64,000 bases of DNA from Candidatus Eiseniibacteriota bacterium (GCA_963717505.1 OY970342.1:2880001-2944000); one strand, 5' to 3'. Shown: positions 38,386-49,068, numbered from the stretch's first letter. Translations and numbers: made by a program. The notes: generated from the letters alone by a model not told the origin.

Positions 38386-41300
38386 ATGCCCACGATGCCC
38401 ATATCGTGCTTCCGCCCGTCATGGACGACGGTCACAGCCACCGCCACTTCCCTGCTGGTGGCCCTCACTCTGGGACTGTTCACGCCTCCTGCGCCGTCTA
38501 GTGCCCAGGAACTGAACCCGGAGTTCCCCGTTACCGACGGCACTGTCTGGGCCATGACTGTGTTGGACAGCACGCTCTTCATTGGGGGTTCATTTACGTA
38601 CGTGGGCCGAAATACAGGCGGGTTTGTCGGTGTTGATTCCGCATCGGGCGAAGTGGCTGCGGGATCGGTCCGTGTCGATGGGCACGTGTACGCCAGTGCT
38701 CCAGATGGGCAAGGCGGTCACTATCTGGGTGGCTCGTTTAGGAGTATTTCCGGAGTCCCTAGGGATCGGCTAGCACATGTTCGATCCGATGGAACGCTAG
38801 GCGATTGGAACCCTGGAGCAGACGGCAATGTACGGGCCCTGGCGGTGACCGGTTCGACTGTCTATGTCGGTGGCTCCTTCACGACTATTGGAGGGCAGCA
38901 ACGGAACCGCATTGCTGCTCTCGACGCCACCACCGGGTTGGCCACGAGCTGGAATCCAGGGGCCAACGGAACAGTGAACACAGTCGCGGCGAGTGGGCCG
39001 ACCCTTTACGTCGGCGGAGCATTTAGTAACGCGGCCGGCGTAACGCGAAACAACCTGGCGGCGATTGATGTGGTGACAGGTGCTGCGACTATCTGGAACC
39101 CAGGCGCGAACCAACCTGTATCGGTTTTGGCTGTGAGGGGGCCCACGGTCTACGCGGGGGGGGCCTTCACAAGTATTGGTGGACAGTCACGAGACCGCGT
39201 CGCCGCACTCAATACAGTAGGCGGTCAGGCCAGGAGCTGGAATCCTGGTGCGAGTGGCCTCGTAGCCGCGCTGGGGTTTCGGGGATCACTAGTTTACGTG
39301 GGCGGCAGCTTCTATAACATCGGAAGCCAGGCCCGGCAATCACTAGCTGAGATCGACTCGGTGAGCGGTCTGGCCACATCGTGGAATCCCGCCATCGAAA
39401 GCGGCTCTCTCCCTGGAGTAGTGGGAGCCATCTTAGTTAGTGAGGCATCGGTCTACGTTGGCGGAGCATTTACCAGCGCGGGTGGGCAGGGGCGCTTGAA
39501 CGTGGCTGAGATAGACGCCGCGACGGGCCTTGCCACGAGCTGGAGCCCGCACACCAGTGGTCAGGTGAACACCATTTCCTGGAGCGGGTCAACAGTCTAT
39601 GTCGGTGGAATCTTCACAAGCATTGGTGGAGTCAAACGTAACCGTCTCGCCGCAATTGACATCACGACCGGCTTCACGACTGGATGGGACCCTGGAGCGA
39701 ACTACAACGTCATGGCATTAGAAGGGAAGGGCTCGACAATCTACGTCGGTGGCTACTTCACCGGCATAGCCTCAGAGTCGCGAAGCAACATCGCCGCTCT
39801 CGACGCCTCCACTGGGCTGGCCACAAATTGGAGCCCTGAGGCAAGCGGACCCGTCTACACCATCGCTCTCAGGGGTTCGACGGTCTATGTCGGTGGCGAC
39901 TTCACCAGTATTGGTGGGCAGTCACGAAATCGCATTGCAGCAATCGACTCTGCCACCGGTCTGCCTACGAGTTGGGACCCCGGAGCAAACGGAGACGTGC
40001 GGACTATTGCGATGGGTGACTCGACTGTCTATGCAGGCGGCTTCTTCACCAGCATAGGAGGAGAGCCACGAAGCAGGATTGCCGAGCTTGACGCCACCAC
40101 CGGGTTGGCTACGAGTTGGAACCCAGCCGCTGGTGGGGAGTGGTTCACCGTGCAGACCCTCGCGTTGAGCGGCCCGACGGTCTATGTCGGCGGCATCTTC
40201 ACGAGCATGGGTGGGCAGCCGCGATCCAACCTCGCCGCCATCGATGCCACTACAGGCCTGGCCAACAACTGGAATCCCCAGGCGGATGGCATGGTCTACG
40301 TTCTGAAAGTTGCTGGACCGACGGTCTATTCGGGTGGGTCCTTCTCTACGATCGGCGGACAACAGCGCAACGGCCTCGCCGCACTTGTTGGCACCACTGG
40401 ACTGGCTACGAGCTGGTCAGCAGACGCAGATAGTTTCGTGTCCATCCTTGCTGTGACCGATGATGCGGTCTACGCCGGTGGCTCATTCAATTCAATCGAC
40501 GGCAGAAGCAGGCCCAACTTGGCGCAATTTCTTGGACCGACACCCATACCAGTTCCGAGGGCTGTTGTTTCGGACATCCAAATTGCAGAAGGCGATGTGG
40601 GGGCGGCCCAACTACTCTTCACCGTGACGTTGTCAGAACCGTTCGACCAGCCGGTGACTGTGGACTTCAGCACTGTCGACGGTTCAGCTACAGCTGCGGA
40701 CGACTACGTAGCGATCTCGGGGACGCTCACAATCCCTCCTCACGAACCAAGTGGGGTAATCTCAGTGAGCGTTGTTGGCGATGGCGTGTACGAGCCGGAT
40801 GAAACACTCTTACTCAGCCTGAGCAACCCCACAAACGCCGAAATTGGCGATTTCCAAGCCGTAGGCACGATCATTAACGATGATCCGATTCCGACGATTG
40901 CCGCCGTCGCCCCCGTCGAAACCCTTTCTCCGACCACGCCATCCCTAGCCATCCCGGTGACGATTGCCCGCGGGGACCCTTCGGTGATTCTCGGGTACTC
41001 GGTGCGGCTGCATCTCACCGATCTGACGATTACTGGCGGCGGGATCGCTGGGTTTGTCGAGGGAACATTCCTTCAAGCTGGCAATCCTCTAACGAGCTTT
41101 CAGGTGGTCGACAACGGTGGTGGATCGTACACGGTGGACAACGTGACGCTGGGCATGCCTTGCGGATCGACCGCAACAACCGGAACCCTGTTCAGTGTTG
41201 CTGTTGGAAATGGCACGCTGGCTGGCTTCGGTTCCGTGACGATCGACCAGGCGACCGTCTACGACTGCAACAATGCTGCCTCATCGTTCGCCATCGGGCC

Positions 41301-43125
41301 ACCGGTTGCGGTCTCTATCGACTACACCCCACCGGTGGTGGCAGTAACATCGCCAAACGGTGGGGAATTCTGGCCCGAGACAATCACCTGGAACGCGACG
41401 GATGACGTCGCGATCGCGCAGTGCGATCTGCACTATTCAACTGACGACGGCACTACGTTCTCGAACGTCATCGCGCTCGATGTCCCCAACTCGGGGACGT
41501 ACGCATGGTCGCCGCCCACTACACCAAATGCGCAGGCTCGAGTTCGAGTGACCGCCTATGACGTGAACGGCAACGCCTCTAGCGATGCCAGTGATGCGAG
41601 CTTTGTTCTTGGGCAGTACGGCCTGACGGTGAGCGTGTCCAACGGTACCGTCGTTAAGTCGCCAGATTTGCCCGCGTACGACCCAGGGGTCGATGTGATG
41701 CTTACGGCGACCGCAGTGGCCGGCTTCCATTTCGTGGAATGGACCGGTGACGCGACTGGGTCCGCAAACCCCGTGACGATCACAATGGATGGCAACAAGG
41801 CCGTCACCGCGATCATCCAGGCGAACCCTCCTGTAGCACCGATCACCGCGCTATCTGCCACTCAGGTCAGAACTGGAAACGACTCCGACGGCTCAACGAA
41901 GATCCGGTTGAGCTGGCCATCAGTGCCCGCAGGCACCGTAGTCGTGGTCTATCGGGCGGGGTTTGGCTACTACCCTCGATACGACGAGCTTGGTGGTGCA
42001 GTCCCCTCGGTCCCGTCCTATCCGCCACCAACTCCGTGGAGCCCAGTAGCGGTTAGTTCGTCGGGCGAGACCGATGAGCCGCCAGGGCGGGACTTCCACT
42101 ATTACGTCGCGTTTGTCGTTGATGGGTTTGGAACCGTCTCACCGGCATCGAACCTGACCGGCGGGGCCCTGAACTACCACCTCGGCGACGTGACGAATGG
42201 CGCGACACCAGGTCAGGGCGACAACATTGTGGACATCGCAGATGTCTCGCTACTAGGAAGTCACTATGGCGCGTCGGGTGCCGAGGCAATCGCATTTGCA
42301 TACCTCGATGTCGGGCCGACCACTGATCGATCAGTGCACACGCGGCCGACAACAGACGGGCGACTCGACATTGAGGACTTGGTCTTGTTCGGACTCAACT
42401 ACGCTCAGGTGTCCGCTCCCATGGCCAATGCTCGAACGACGACAATCAAGGCCGGCGTCGATGAGTTGACATTGCTCGTGGCCGAATTGCCGCCCGATCA
42501 ATTGGAGGCGACCCTCGAACTCAGAGGCACCGGAGCCATACAGGCTCTTGCGACCACGCTGCAATGGGATCCGGCGGTAGTGGAGCCGGTCGACCATGCC
42601 GCGGGCGAATTAGTCGTGGACCAGGGTGGACTGGCACTGTCCCCGGGGCCCGGCCGCATTGACGCGACGCTTCTTGGTGCCCGGCCCATGGGGCTCTCCG
42701 GCGTTGGCGAGGTGGCTTCGATCAGGTTTCGCCGGCTGGCGCCAGGGGATCCCGCTATCGAGTTCCAGTCCGCGATCGCGCGGGATGCTCTGAATCAGGA
42801 TGTGCCACTGTCTACCACGTATGCAGCCGAAGTACCGCATGGCCCCATGGCGTACGCATTGTCACCGCCATTCCCGAATCCCTTCCGGTTAACCACGACG
42901 CTGTCCTTTGGCCTAGCGCATTCGGGAACTGTTGAGCTAGCCGTCTTTTCCGTAGACGGACGGCGGGCTCGGACGCTTCTTAGCGGGCCAATTGGCGCTG
43001 GGGACCACCGGGTGCCCTGGGACGGGCGGGACGCCCTGGGCAGCCGCGTCCCAGCCGGTATCTACTACGCGCGACTCACCACGACGCACGGCCAATTCCT
43101 ACAGAGGGTGGTCCACCTGCCATAG
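38386..43125 (+). CDS. Large secreted repeat protein: propeller repeats, Calx-beta, Ig-like, dockerin-like and cohesin-like modules, FlgD tail
   Basis: About 13 YVGGxFTSIGGQxRNxIAALDATTGLATSWNP repeats, Calx-beta (FTVTLS...GTIINDD), paired DxxxDxxD motifs, and PAGIYYARL tail. Confidence 0.85.
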   Translation: MPTMPISCFRPSWTTVTATATSLLVALTLGLFTPPAPSSAQELNPEFPVTDGTVWAMTVLDSTLFIGGSFTYVGRNTGGFVGVDSASGEVAAGSVRVDGHVYASAPDGQGGHYLGGSFRSISGVPRDRLAHVRSDGTLGDWNPGADGNVRALAVTGSTVYVGGSFTTIGGQQRNRIAALDATTGLATSWNPGANGTVNTVAASGPTLYVGGAFSNAAGVTRNNLAAIDVVTGAATIWNPGANQPVSVLAVRGPTVYAGGAFTSIGGQSRDRVAALNTVGGQARSWNPGASGLVAALGFRGSLVYVGGSFYNIGSQARQSLAEIDSVSGLATSWNPAIESGSLPGVVGAILVSEASVYVGGAFTSAGGQGRLNVAEIDAATGLATSWSPHTSGQVNTISWSGSTVYVGGIFTSIGGVKRNRLAAIDITTGFTTGWDPGANYNVMALEGKGSTIYVGGYFTGIASESRSNIAALDASTGLATNWSPEASGPVYTIALRGSTVYVGGDFTSIGGQSRNRIAAIDSATGLPTSWDPGANGDVRTIAMGDSTVYAGGFFTSIGGEPRSRIAELDATTGLATSWNPAAGGEWFTVQTLALSGPTVYVGGIFTSMGGQPRSNLAAIDATTGLANNWNPQADGMVYVLKVAGPTVYSGGSFSTIGGQQRNGLAALVGTTGLATSWSADADSFVSILAVTDDAVYAGGSFNSIDGRSRPNLAQFLGPTPIPVPRAVVSDIQIAEGDVGAAQLLFTVTLSEPFDQPVTVDFSTVDGSATAADDYVAISGTLTIPPHEPSGVISVSVVGDGVYEPDETLLLSLSNPTNAEIGDFQAVGTIINDDPIPTIAAVAPVETLSPTTPSLAIPVTIARGDPSVILGYSVRLHLTDLTITGGGIAGFVEGTFLQAGNPLTSFQVVDNGGGSYTVDNVTLGMPCGSTATTGTLFSVAVGNGTLAGFGSVTIDQATVYDCNNAASSFAIGPPVAVSIDYTPPVVAVTSPNGGEFWPETITWNATDDVAIAQCDLHYSTDDGTTFSNVIALDVPNSGTYAWSPPTTPNAQARVRVTAYDVNGNASSDASDASFVLGQYGLTVSVSNGTVVKSPDLPAYDPGVDVMLTATAVAGFHFVEWTGDATGSANPVTITMDGNKAVTAIIQANPPVAPITALSATQVRTGNDSDGSTKIRLSWPSVPAGTVVVVYRAGFGYYPRYDELGGAVPSVPSYPPPTPWSPVAVSSSGETDEPPGRDFHYYVAFVVDGFGTVSPASNLTGGALNYHLGDVTNGATPGQGDNIVDIADVSLLGSHYGASGAEAIAFAYLDVGPTTDRSVHTRPTTDGRLDIEDLVLFGLNYAQVSAPMANARTTTIKAGVDELTLLVAELPPDQLEATLELRGTGAIQALATTLQWDPAVVEPVDHAAGELVVDQGGLALSPGPGRIDATLLGARPMGLSGVGEVASIRFRRLAPGDPAIEFQSAIARDALNQDVPLSTTYAAEVPHGPMAYALSPPFPNPFRLTTTLSFGLAHSGTVELAVFSVDGRRARTLLSGPIGAGDHRVPWDGRDALGSRVPAGIYYARLTTTHGQFLQRVVHLP

Positions 43126-43139
43126 GAGGTGAAGAGTTC

Positions 43140-43964
43140 GTGTGCGGTTCACGATGCTGTGCCACGTTCTCGCCATTCGTGTGGCTTGGAACGGCGCTTC
43201 TCGTCATGTTCGCATCTTCTTCGGAGGCGGGGGTAGTCGTGTCGATCCCTCCCGACTCTTTGGTCGTCGCGGCAGGTTCAGAGTTCGAGGTCAGCGTCGT
43301 TGTTACGGAAGCAGGGTCAAGTTTCAACGCGATCAGTTTAGTGATTGGGTTCGATCCCGATGCCCTGATGCCGCTGCCAATATCTCCGCTCACGGGGCAG
43401 GTCGGCGCGGCCCTGCTCGATGCCTGCACGAGCGTGTTCCACGATTTCCGCATTGGCTCTTTGAGCGACACAATCAACTGTGCGCTGTTGTGCGGCGGTG
43501 CTTCGACTTCTGGACCTGGCCAAATCTACCGCCTGCGATTTCGGGCCTCGCCGGTTCCTCAAGTCACGGAGCTGACTTTCGTCGAGAGCAAGTTCTACCA
43601 GGCAGGCGTACTCGTGACACCGGTTACGTCAACCAACATGGTTGTTCAGGTCGCAGCACAGGCGGCGGGGGTCACTGATGGGACCCTGACTGGGGCCTTG
43701 TCCGTCCAGGCAACGCCGAACCCAATAAGAGGGGGGACCCTCCTCGTGGTCCACGGTCCAGAAGCCGGGTACCTGACGCTTTCGGTCATGGACATCCAGG
43801 GGCGGGCGGTGCGTCAGTTGGTTGCCGGATGGAGCGTTGGGCCCTGGAAAGCATGGTGGGACGGTAAGGACGATTCGGGTGTAACTGTGCCCGCGGGTGT
43901 TTACTACGCCGTGGTTCGCACGTCGTCTGGATCCGCCCAAAGCCGAATCGTCGTGCTGCGCTAG
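43140..43964 (+). CDS. Secreted cohesin-like domain protein with FlgD-Ig/T9SS-like tail
   Basis: GSEFEVSVVV...FNAISLVIGFDPDAL...GPGQIYRLRF and WDGKDDSG..VPAGVYY. Confidence 0.7.
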   Translation: MCGSRCCATFSPFVWLGTALLVMFASSSEAGVVVSIPPDSLVVAAGSEFEVSVVVTEAGSSFNAISLVIGFDPDALMPLPISPLTGQVGAALLDACTSVFHDFRIGSLSDTINCALLCGGASTSGPGQIYRLRFRASPVPQVTELTFVESKFYQAGVLVTPVTSTNMVVQVAAQAAGVTDGTLTGALSVQATPNPIRGGTLLVVHGPEAGYLTLSVMDIQGRAVRQLVAGWSVGPWKAWWDGKDDSGVTVPAGVYYAVVRTSSGSAQSRIVVLR

Positions 43965-43965
43965 C

Positions 43966-44005
43966 TGTGATGTCTCACCACTGAACAACCTCCTGAGACA
44001 TCACA
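43966..44005. repeat. 40-bp inverted-repeat element
   Basis: TGTGATGTCTCA-N16-TGAGACATCACA, a perfect 12-bp IR extending to 16/17 with flanks. Confidence 0.6.
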
Positions 44006-44305
44006 GTTAGGTCAGGACTTCGCTTGCGCTGCGGCGGCGCAGATGCATGATGTTTCCCGGTTGCGGCGCTGGTGCGTGGTGTTCGGCGATAAGGAACGAA
44101 GCATAGGCTGAGTGTGTCGAGCTGGCCTGGCAACTGTGAGGGACGTTTGGTGGCGAAGTCACGCCTGGTCGACATGCTGCTAGGCTTGATGACTGTCTTG
44201 GGGGACAAACCCTGCTGACGCGTGGGGGTCGGACGATTGCGAATGTTCGGCTTGGCCTCAAGAATAACCAAGTGAGCGACCTGCGTTCGCTTCCAAAATA
44301 GGCAG

Positions 44306-45022
44306 ATGACCGACCAGCCTTCCCCCTCAGAGGTTCCCAGCTCAACCGGCCTGCCATCGGCGGACACGACCCCCGAGAATTCGGCGCTTCTCGGAGATGC
44401 GAGCCGCACACTTTATCGTCGATTTGTCCGCAAGGATGCCGAGGTCCCGGTGAAACCGCCGCCTCTGGCGGCAATGTACTTGGGCGCCAAGATGGTTCGC
44501 CTCCGCCCGGACAATCCCGAGTTCATCTCCCACGCTGGCCACAGCATCCGAGAGCTCATCGACGCGCTTCCCGGCAAGTACCCAAACGTTCCGGTGTTCG
44601 ACCATGTGGATCTAGTTTCAAGGTCGCGTTCGCTGATTGACGCCTGGACTGCTTACCAAGGTGCGGCGCCCGGCGTCAAAGCCCACCTTGGCGCGACATT
44701 CGAATCCACTATGCAGGGCTTTGCGACAGACATGGCGGGAGTGCGCGTTACGAGACGAGAGCAGGCCGGAGCCCTGATGGGAGCGATGGACCCTTCAGGT
44801 CGCCCGCTTCCACCTGTAATAGCGGAGCTCAGGGTGGACGAGTGGGGCGCCTATCGCGCGTTCTTTGTCCGGGCCTGCCACCATGGTTTAACGACCCCCG
44901 AAGACTTCGACAGAATGCTGGAGCTATTCGAAGAGTTTCTGATAGATCGATTGGGTCTGAGGACGTTTCGGAGTCAAGCGGCTCTCGAAGCGATAGTCGC
45001 GGAAGGAGAGCGGCATGCCTAA
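44306..45022 (+). CDS. Hypothetical protein, candidate HEPN-like nuclease effector
   Basis: NPEFISHAGHSIRELIDALP and FFVRACHH motifs. Its stop overlaps the start of the next gene. Confidence 0.55.
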   Translation: MTDQPSPSEVPSSTGLPSADTTPENSALLGDASRTLYRRFVRKDAEVPVKPPPLAAMYLGAKMVRLRPDNPEFISHAGHSIRELIDALPGKYPNVPVFDHVDLVSRSRSLIDAWTAYQGAAPGVKAHLGATFESTMQGFATDMAGVRVTRREQAGALMGAMDPSGRPLPPVIAELRVDEWGAYRAFFVRACHHGLTTPEDFDRMLELFEEFLIDRLGLRTFRSQAALEAIVAEGERHA

Positions 45023-47912
45023 CCGCGAGCAGGTCAAGAGGGCAATCGCCGCCATTAAGAGTGCGGCCGACACGGAGTATTTCTTTGACGCACTAAAGTC
45101 GCCAGATTGGATTGTGCACCTGGAGGCAGAAGGACTGTTCCGTCATCCACCGGAGCCGATTCGCGAAAATCAGACGATTGGGTTTCCATTCTGGCCGCAA
45201 TCTCGCTACCTCCAGCGCATGGCTCCTCTCGCGGCTGATGAGGTGCTTCGAGTCATCCTCGCGATCCCGGACACGGACAACGTTCGCGTTCAGGAGGATT
45301 TTCTCGATGCCGCGATAGTGATGCCAGCGGACCGTGCCGCGCGAATGGTGCCGAAGGTGATCAAGTGGGCGTCTTCACCGTATCAACTGCTCCTTCCGGA
45401 GAAGGCCGGCAGTCTTGCGTCCCGCCTCGCGAGTGGAGGTCAGGTCGATGGGGCCTTGAGCATCCTTCCAGAACTTCTTGCGCTCCGACCGGACTCGCCG
45501 CCAACCACGAGGGAAAAAGGGGCTGGGTTTGCCCTGCCTCCAACCCCGGTCGGCCGATTCCATGAGTGGAAGTACAGGCAGATCCTCGAAAAACATGTCC
45601 CGGCGATTGTGGCAGCAGACGGCCTGAGAACGCTCCAGGTGTTGGTTGAGCTACTAGACAACGCAGTCGCAATCTCCAGACCAGATGCGCGAGGTGGTGC
45701 CGACCATTCCTACATGTGGCGACCGTCAATTGAGGATGGCTCTCAGAACCACGACCACGGTCCACGCGACCACCTCGTCTCCGCTGTGCGTGATGCTGCA
45801 GAGGGAACAGTTACGGCGCACGCCGATTTACTAACCCGGGTTGTCGAAGTATTAGAGGCCAAGGAATGGGACGTGTTCCGACGGCTGGCTCTCCATGTCC
45901 TTCGCAGGTTTCCGACAGCTGGTTTGGCACTCGCGAAGGAGCGAATCCTTGATGAAGAGGCAGTTGAGGATGTCGGCGTGTTCCACGAGTACTGGCTGCT
46001 GGCCGGGGTGATCTTCCCCAGGCTGGAGTCCGTGGAGCAAGAGCGCCTTCTTGCGATGCTCGACGACAAGCTCGCCACGGAAGAGGCCGAGGCGAACAAG
46101 GAGCCGACGCCCGAGGCAAAGGACGAGGCCCGCGAGCGTGCTCGCCATTGGCTCTATCGGCGCTTGACCCTCCTTGGTCGCGCGCTCCCTCGGAAGCGCG
46201 TCGATCAGTTGCAGCGTCTTGCCGAAGAGTTTGGTCCGATTGAGCACCCAAGTTTCCTGGCATATTCATCTGGCGCCGTGTGGGTCGGACCGACCAGCCC
46301 GAAGGGCGAGCAAGACATCTCTCGCATGTCCACAACGGAACTGGCCGACTTCCTGAGGAATTGGCAACCAGCCGGCAGTGTCATCGAAGCTACCCCAGAG
46401 GGATTGGGACGTACGCTTTCGGGAGCTGTTGCTGCAGACCCAACTCGATTTGCGTCGGGAGCACGAGACTTTGTAGGGCTCGATCCTACTTATGTGAGGG
46501 CGATCTTCTCGGGTCTCACCGAGGCGGCTAAGGCGCAGAGGTGGTTTGAATGGGCCCCGGTGCTGGCGCTCGCTCGCTGGGCTGTCGCTCAACCTCGAGA
46601 TGTGCCTGATCGTCCCAACCTCCATTTTGAGGCTGATCCGCACTGGGGGTGGGCCCGCAAGGCCATCGCTGAGCTATTGACCGCCAGTTTTGGACAGCCG
46701 GGGGAGGGGCTCCCGTGGGCTTCCCGAACTGTCGCCTGGGATCTTCTGGAACCACTCACGAACGACCCCGACCCTACGCCTGAGCGTGAAGCACAGCACC
46801 TCGGCAAGAACATGAACCCGCTCACGCTGTCGATAAACACGACCCGTGGCGAAGCGATGCATACAGTCGTGCGGTACGCTCTTTGGGTGAGGCGGTATCT
46901 TGACGATGAGTTCACCAAAGGTCAACAAACGAGCCGCACCTTCGATGTGATGCCCGAGGTGCGCTACGCGCTCGAGACACATCTCGACACTAGACGTGAT
47001 TCATCGGCGGCAGTCCGCTCGGTCTACGGCCAGTGGTTCCCGTGGCTGCTTCTACTCGACTCACACTGGACTCGAGATCACATCGCGTCGATCTTCCCTC
47101 CATCGGCAGCCGCCCTGGGGCTGTGGCGAGCCGCATGGAACGCTTACATCTCCTTCGGCGGCACCTTCGACGACGTCTTCGAGGTTCTGACCGAAGAGTA
47201 CGCGCGAGCGATCGCCCGTATTGGCCAGGACTCGGATGCGCGTTTTGGAGGCACACGCCCGGACAATCGACTTGCACAACACCTCATGGTGTTCTACTGG
47301 CGTGGCAAAATGCCGCTGGGCAACCGCGAAGGCTTACTCGCTGCCTTCTACAGGTCTGCGGGACCAGAGCTGCGGGAGTACGCCCTCGACTTTGTGGGTC
47401 GCGCCATGCACGGCGAAGACAAACCGCCGGTGCCAGATCCAATCCGCGATCGACTTCAAGCGCTGTGGGCTTGGAGGCTTAGCGAGAGTCGTGCGATCGA
47501 GGCATCTGAACGCGCCGTAGAACTTGCTGCGTTTGGGTGGTGGTTTGCTTCTCGCAAATTCCCTGACGATTGGGCGCTTGATCAACTGCTTCAAGCTCTT
47601 CGGTCCGGCGGCAAGCTCGAGGCGGGTCACCTTGTGATCGATGAGCTTGCGACGTTCTCTACACGCGAGCCCGACAAGACGATTGAGGCACTTACGTTAA
47701 TCATCGACGCCGACAAAGAAGCATGGGGAGTGTCGCTGCGAGCTGACAAGGTCGAGACGATCATTAGTTCTGCACTGAACAGCGGAAACCGGATCGCTGC
47801 GGAGAAGGCCGCCGATCTCGTTCACGTTCTGGGAGCGAGAGGCTTCAGGACGTTCGGCCGACTCCTGCAGGGCGAAGGGCCGGGGCACACGCCACCCGCG
47901 TCACTATCATGA
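45015..47912 (+). CDS. Large Trp-rich alpha-helical (HEAT/ARM-like) cytoplasmic protein
   Basis: 965 aa with no signal peptide. Motifs FFDALKSPDW, WPQSRYL, INTTRGEAM. Confidence 0.75.
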   Translation: MPNREQVKRAIAAIKSAADTEYFFDALKSPDWIVHLEAEGLFRHPPEPIRENQTIGFPFWPQSRYLQRMAPLAADEVLRVILAIPDTDNVRVQEDFLDAAIVMPADRAARMVPKVIKWASSPYQLLLPEKAGSLASRLASGGQVDGALSILPELLALRPDSPPTTREKGAGFALPPTPVGRFHEWKYRQILEKHVPAIVAADGLRTLQVLVELLDNAVAISRPDARGGADHSYMWRPSIEDGSQNHDHGPRDHLVSAVRDAAEGTVTAHADLLTRVVEVLEAKEWDVFRRLALHVLRRFPTAGLALAKERILDEEAVEDVGVFHEYWLLAGVIFPRLESVEQERLLAMLDDKLATEEAEANKEPTPEAKDEARERARHWLYRRLTLLGRALPRKRVDQLQRLAEEFGPIEHPSFLAYSSGAVWVGPTSPKGEQDISRMSTTELADFLRNWQPAGSVIEATPEGLGRTLSGAVAADPTRFASGARDFVGLDPTYVRAIFSGLTEAAKAQRWFEWAPVLALARWAVAQPRDVPDRPNLHFEADPHWGWARKAIAELLTASFGQPGEGLPWASRTVAWDLLEPLTNDPDPTPEREAQHLGKNMNPLTLSINTTRGEAMHTVVRYALWVRRYLDDEFTKGQQTSRTFDVMPEVRYALETHLDTRRDSSAAVRSVYGQWFPWLLLLDSHWTRDHIASIFPPSAAALGLWRAAWNAYISFGGTFDDVFEVLTEEYARAIARIGQDSDARFGGTRPDNRLAQHLMVFYWRGKMPLGNREGLLAAFYRSAGPELREYALDFVGRAMHGEDKPPVPDPIRDRLQALWAWRLSESRAIEASERAVELAAFGWWFASRKFPDDWALDQLLQALRSGGKLEAGHLVIDELATFSTREPDKTIEALTLIIDADKEAWGVSLRADKVETIISSALNSGNRIAAEKAADLVHVLGARGFRTFGRLLQGEGPGHTPPASLS

Positions 47913-47921
47913 ACGGAGTAG

Positions 47922-48752
47922 TCATGCTGGCCGAATCGTTAGCCTGAATTCGGAATCCGCCAGGTTCGCTTGGAGTACTTGGACAGGACGGTTGCGACGT
48001 CCCAGGATGTCACGGACGCGAGCCTGATCCTCGCGGGATACTCTGCAACCGAGGATAACGCCGTCGATCGCCTCCTCGGGGATCTCCACCAAGCCAGGTC
48101 CCCCATGGCGCACGATCCGCCACTCACGCTCGTGACTCCATACGACGGCCTTGGTCGCCAAGGTTGATTGACTCCGTCGGAAGGGACTAGAGCGGTAGAA
48201 GTTGATCTTGGGGTAGGTGTTCTCGTACGTAACTGGCATGGGTCCGTAGCAGCCTAGCCATTCATGGGACCTTAGAAGCAGTCCCGTGTTGAAGCGCAGG
48301 CATACACCTCGGTGCCCATCCGCGTAGTAGCCCCACATGGGCAAATCGTTGGGGACCTCGCTGAGACACACAACTCCGAGTTGGGCCACTGCCTCATCAT
48401 GACCAGCACGTAGCCGCTTGTGGGCTTCCGTGACGGGCATCATCAAGATGCGATCGATGGCACTGGCATCTCTTGCGAGACCCATTTCAACTTGAACGCG
48501 TTCCCAGAACTCTCGTTTCTCTTGGTCTGTCGCGTCATCAACCGGATAAACAGCACCATCAAATGGATCATTGAACTCGGAGATCATAGGAAAGTAGAGC
48601 AGCGATCGAAGGGCGAGATCACAGAACCAGGCGAATCGATCGCCCCGGATGCTTACGTACCTGTAAAGACTGGGCAGGTGTTCCAGACGCAATCTCCACG
48701 CGGCGATCGTCGCGTGGTCCTCCTCAGTAAATCCTTGCTCGGCGTCGTTCAT
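47922..48752 (-). CDS. DUF2971 domain protein
   Basis: LYRY, FNDPFD, CLSE..NDLPMWGYYADGHRGVCLRF, K..VWSHEREWR, VILG. Confidence 0.85.
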   Translation of the reverse strand: MNDAEQGFTEEDHATIAAWRLRLEHLPSLYRYVSIRGDRFAWFCDLALRSLLYFPMISEFNDPFDGAVYPVDDATDQEKREFWERVQVEMGLARDASAIDRILMMPVTEAHKRLRAGHDEAVAQLGVVCLSEVPNDLPMWGYYADGHRGVCLRFNTGLLLRSHEWLGCYGPMPVTYENTYPKINFYRSSPFRRSQSTLATKAVVWSHEREWRIVRHGGPGLVEIPEEAIDGVILGCRVSREDQARVRDILGRRNRPVQVLQANLADSEFRLTIRPA

Positions 48753-48848
48753 GGCTAACCTCGCTTTCTGCCTGCCTGTGGTGACCGCAGCAAGGCGTGC
48801 TTTCTGAACGTCTCTGCGCCGGAGTGTCCGAGGGGCGCGTGAACGGTC

Positions 48849-48924
<76 letters not shown>

Positions 48925-49068
48925 GCATCGACGCGCGGCGAGGAGTCGGCCGCCACGCGGAAGGCGCGACACCTTATCAGGGGAGCCCCCCGGGCGGCAA
49001 GTGCGCCGGAATAGCGAAACGCGCCCGCCTTTCGGCGAGCGCGCTCGCGCAACCCTGGAACCGGCGCC

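Noticed and set aside
38386-40530. Internal DNA repeats as diversity-generating retroelement TR/VR
   Set aside because: They are in-frame protein repeats without an evident adenine-specific pattern, and no reverse transcriptase is present.
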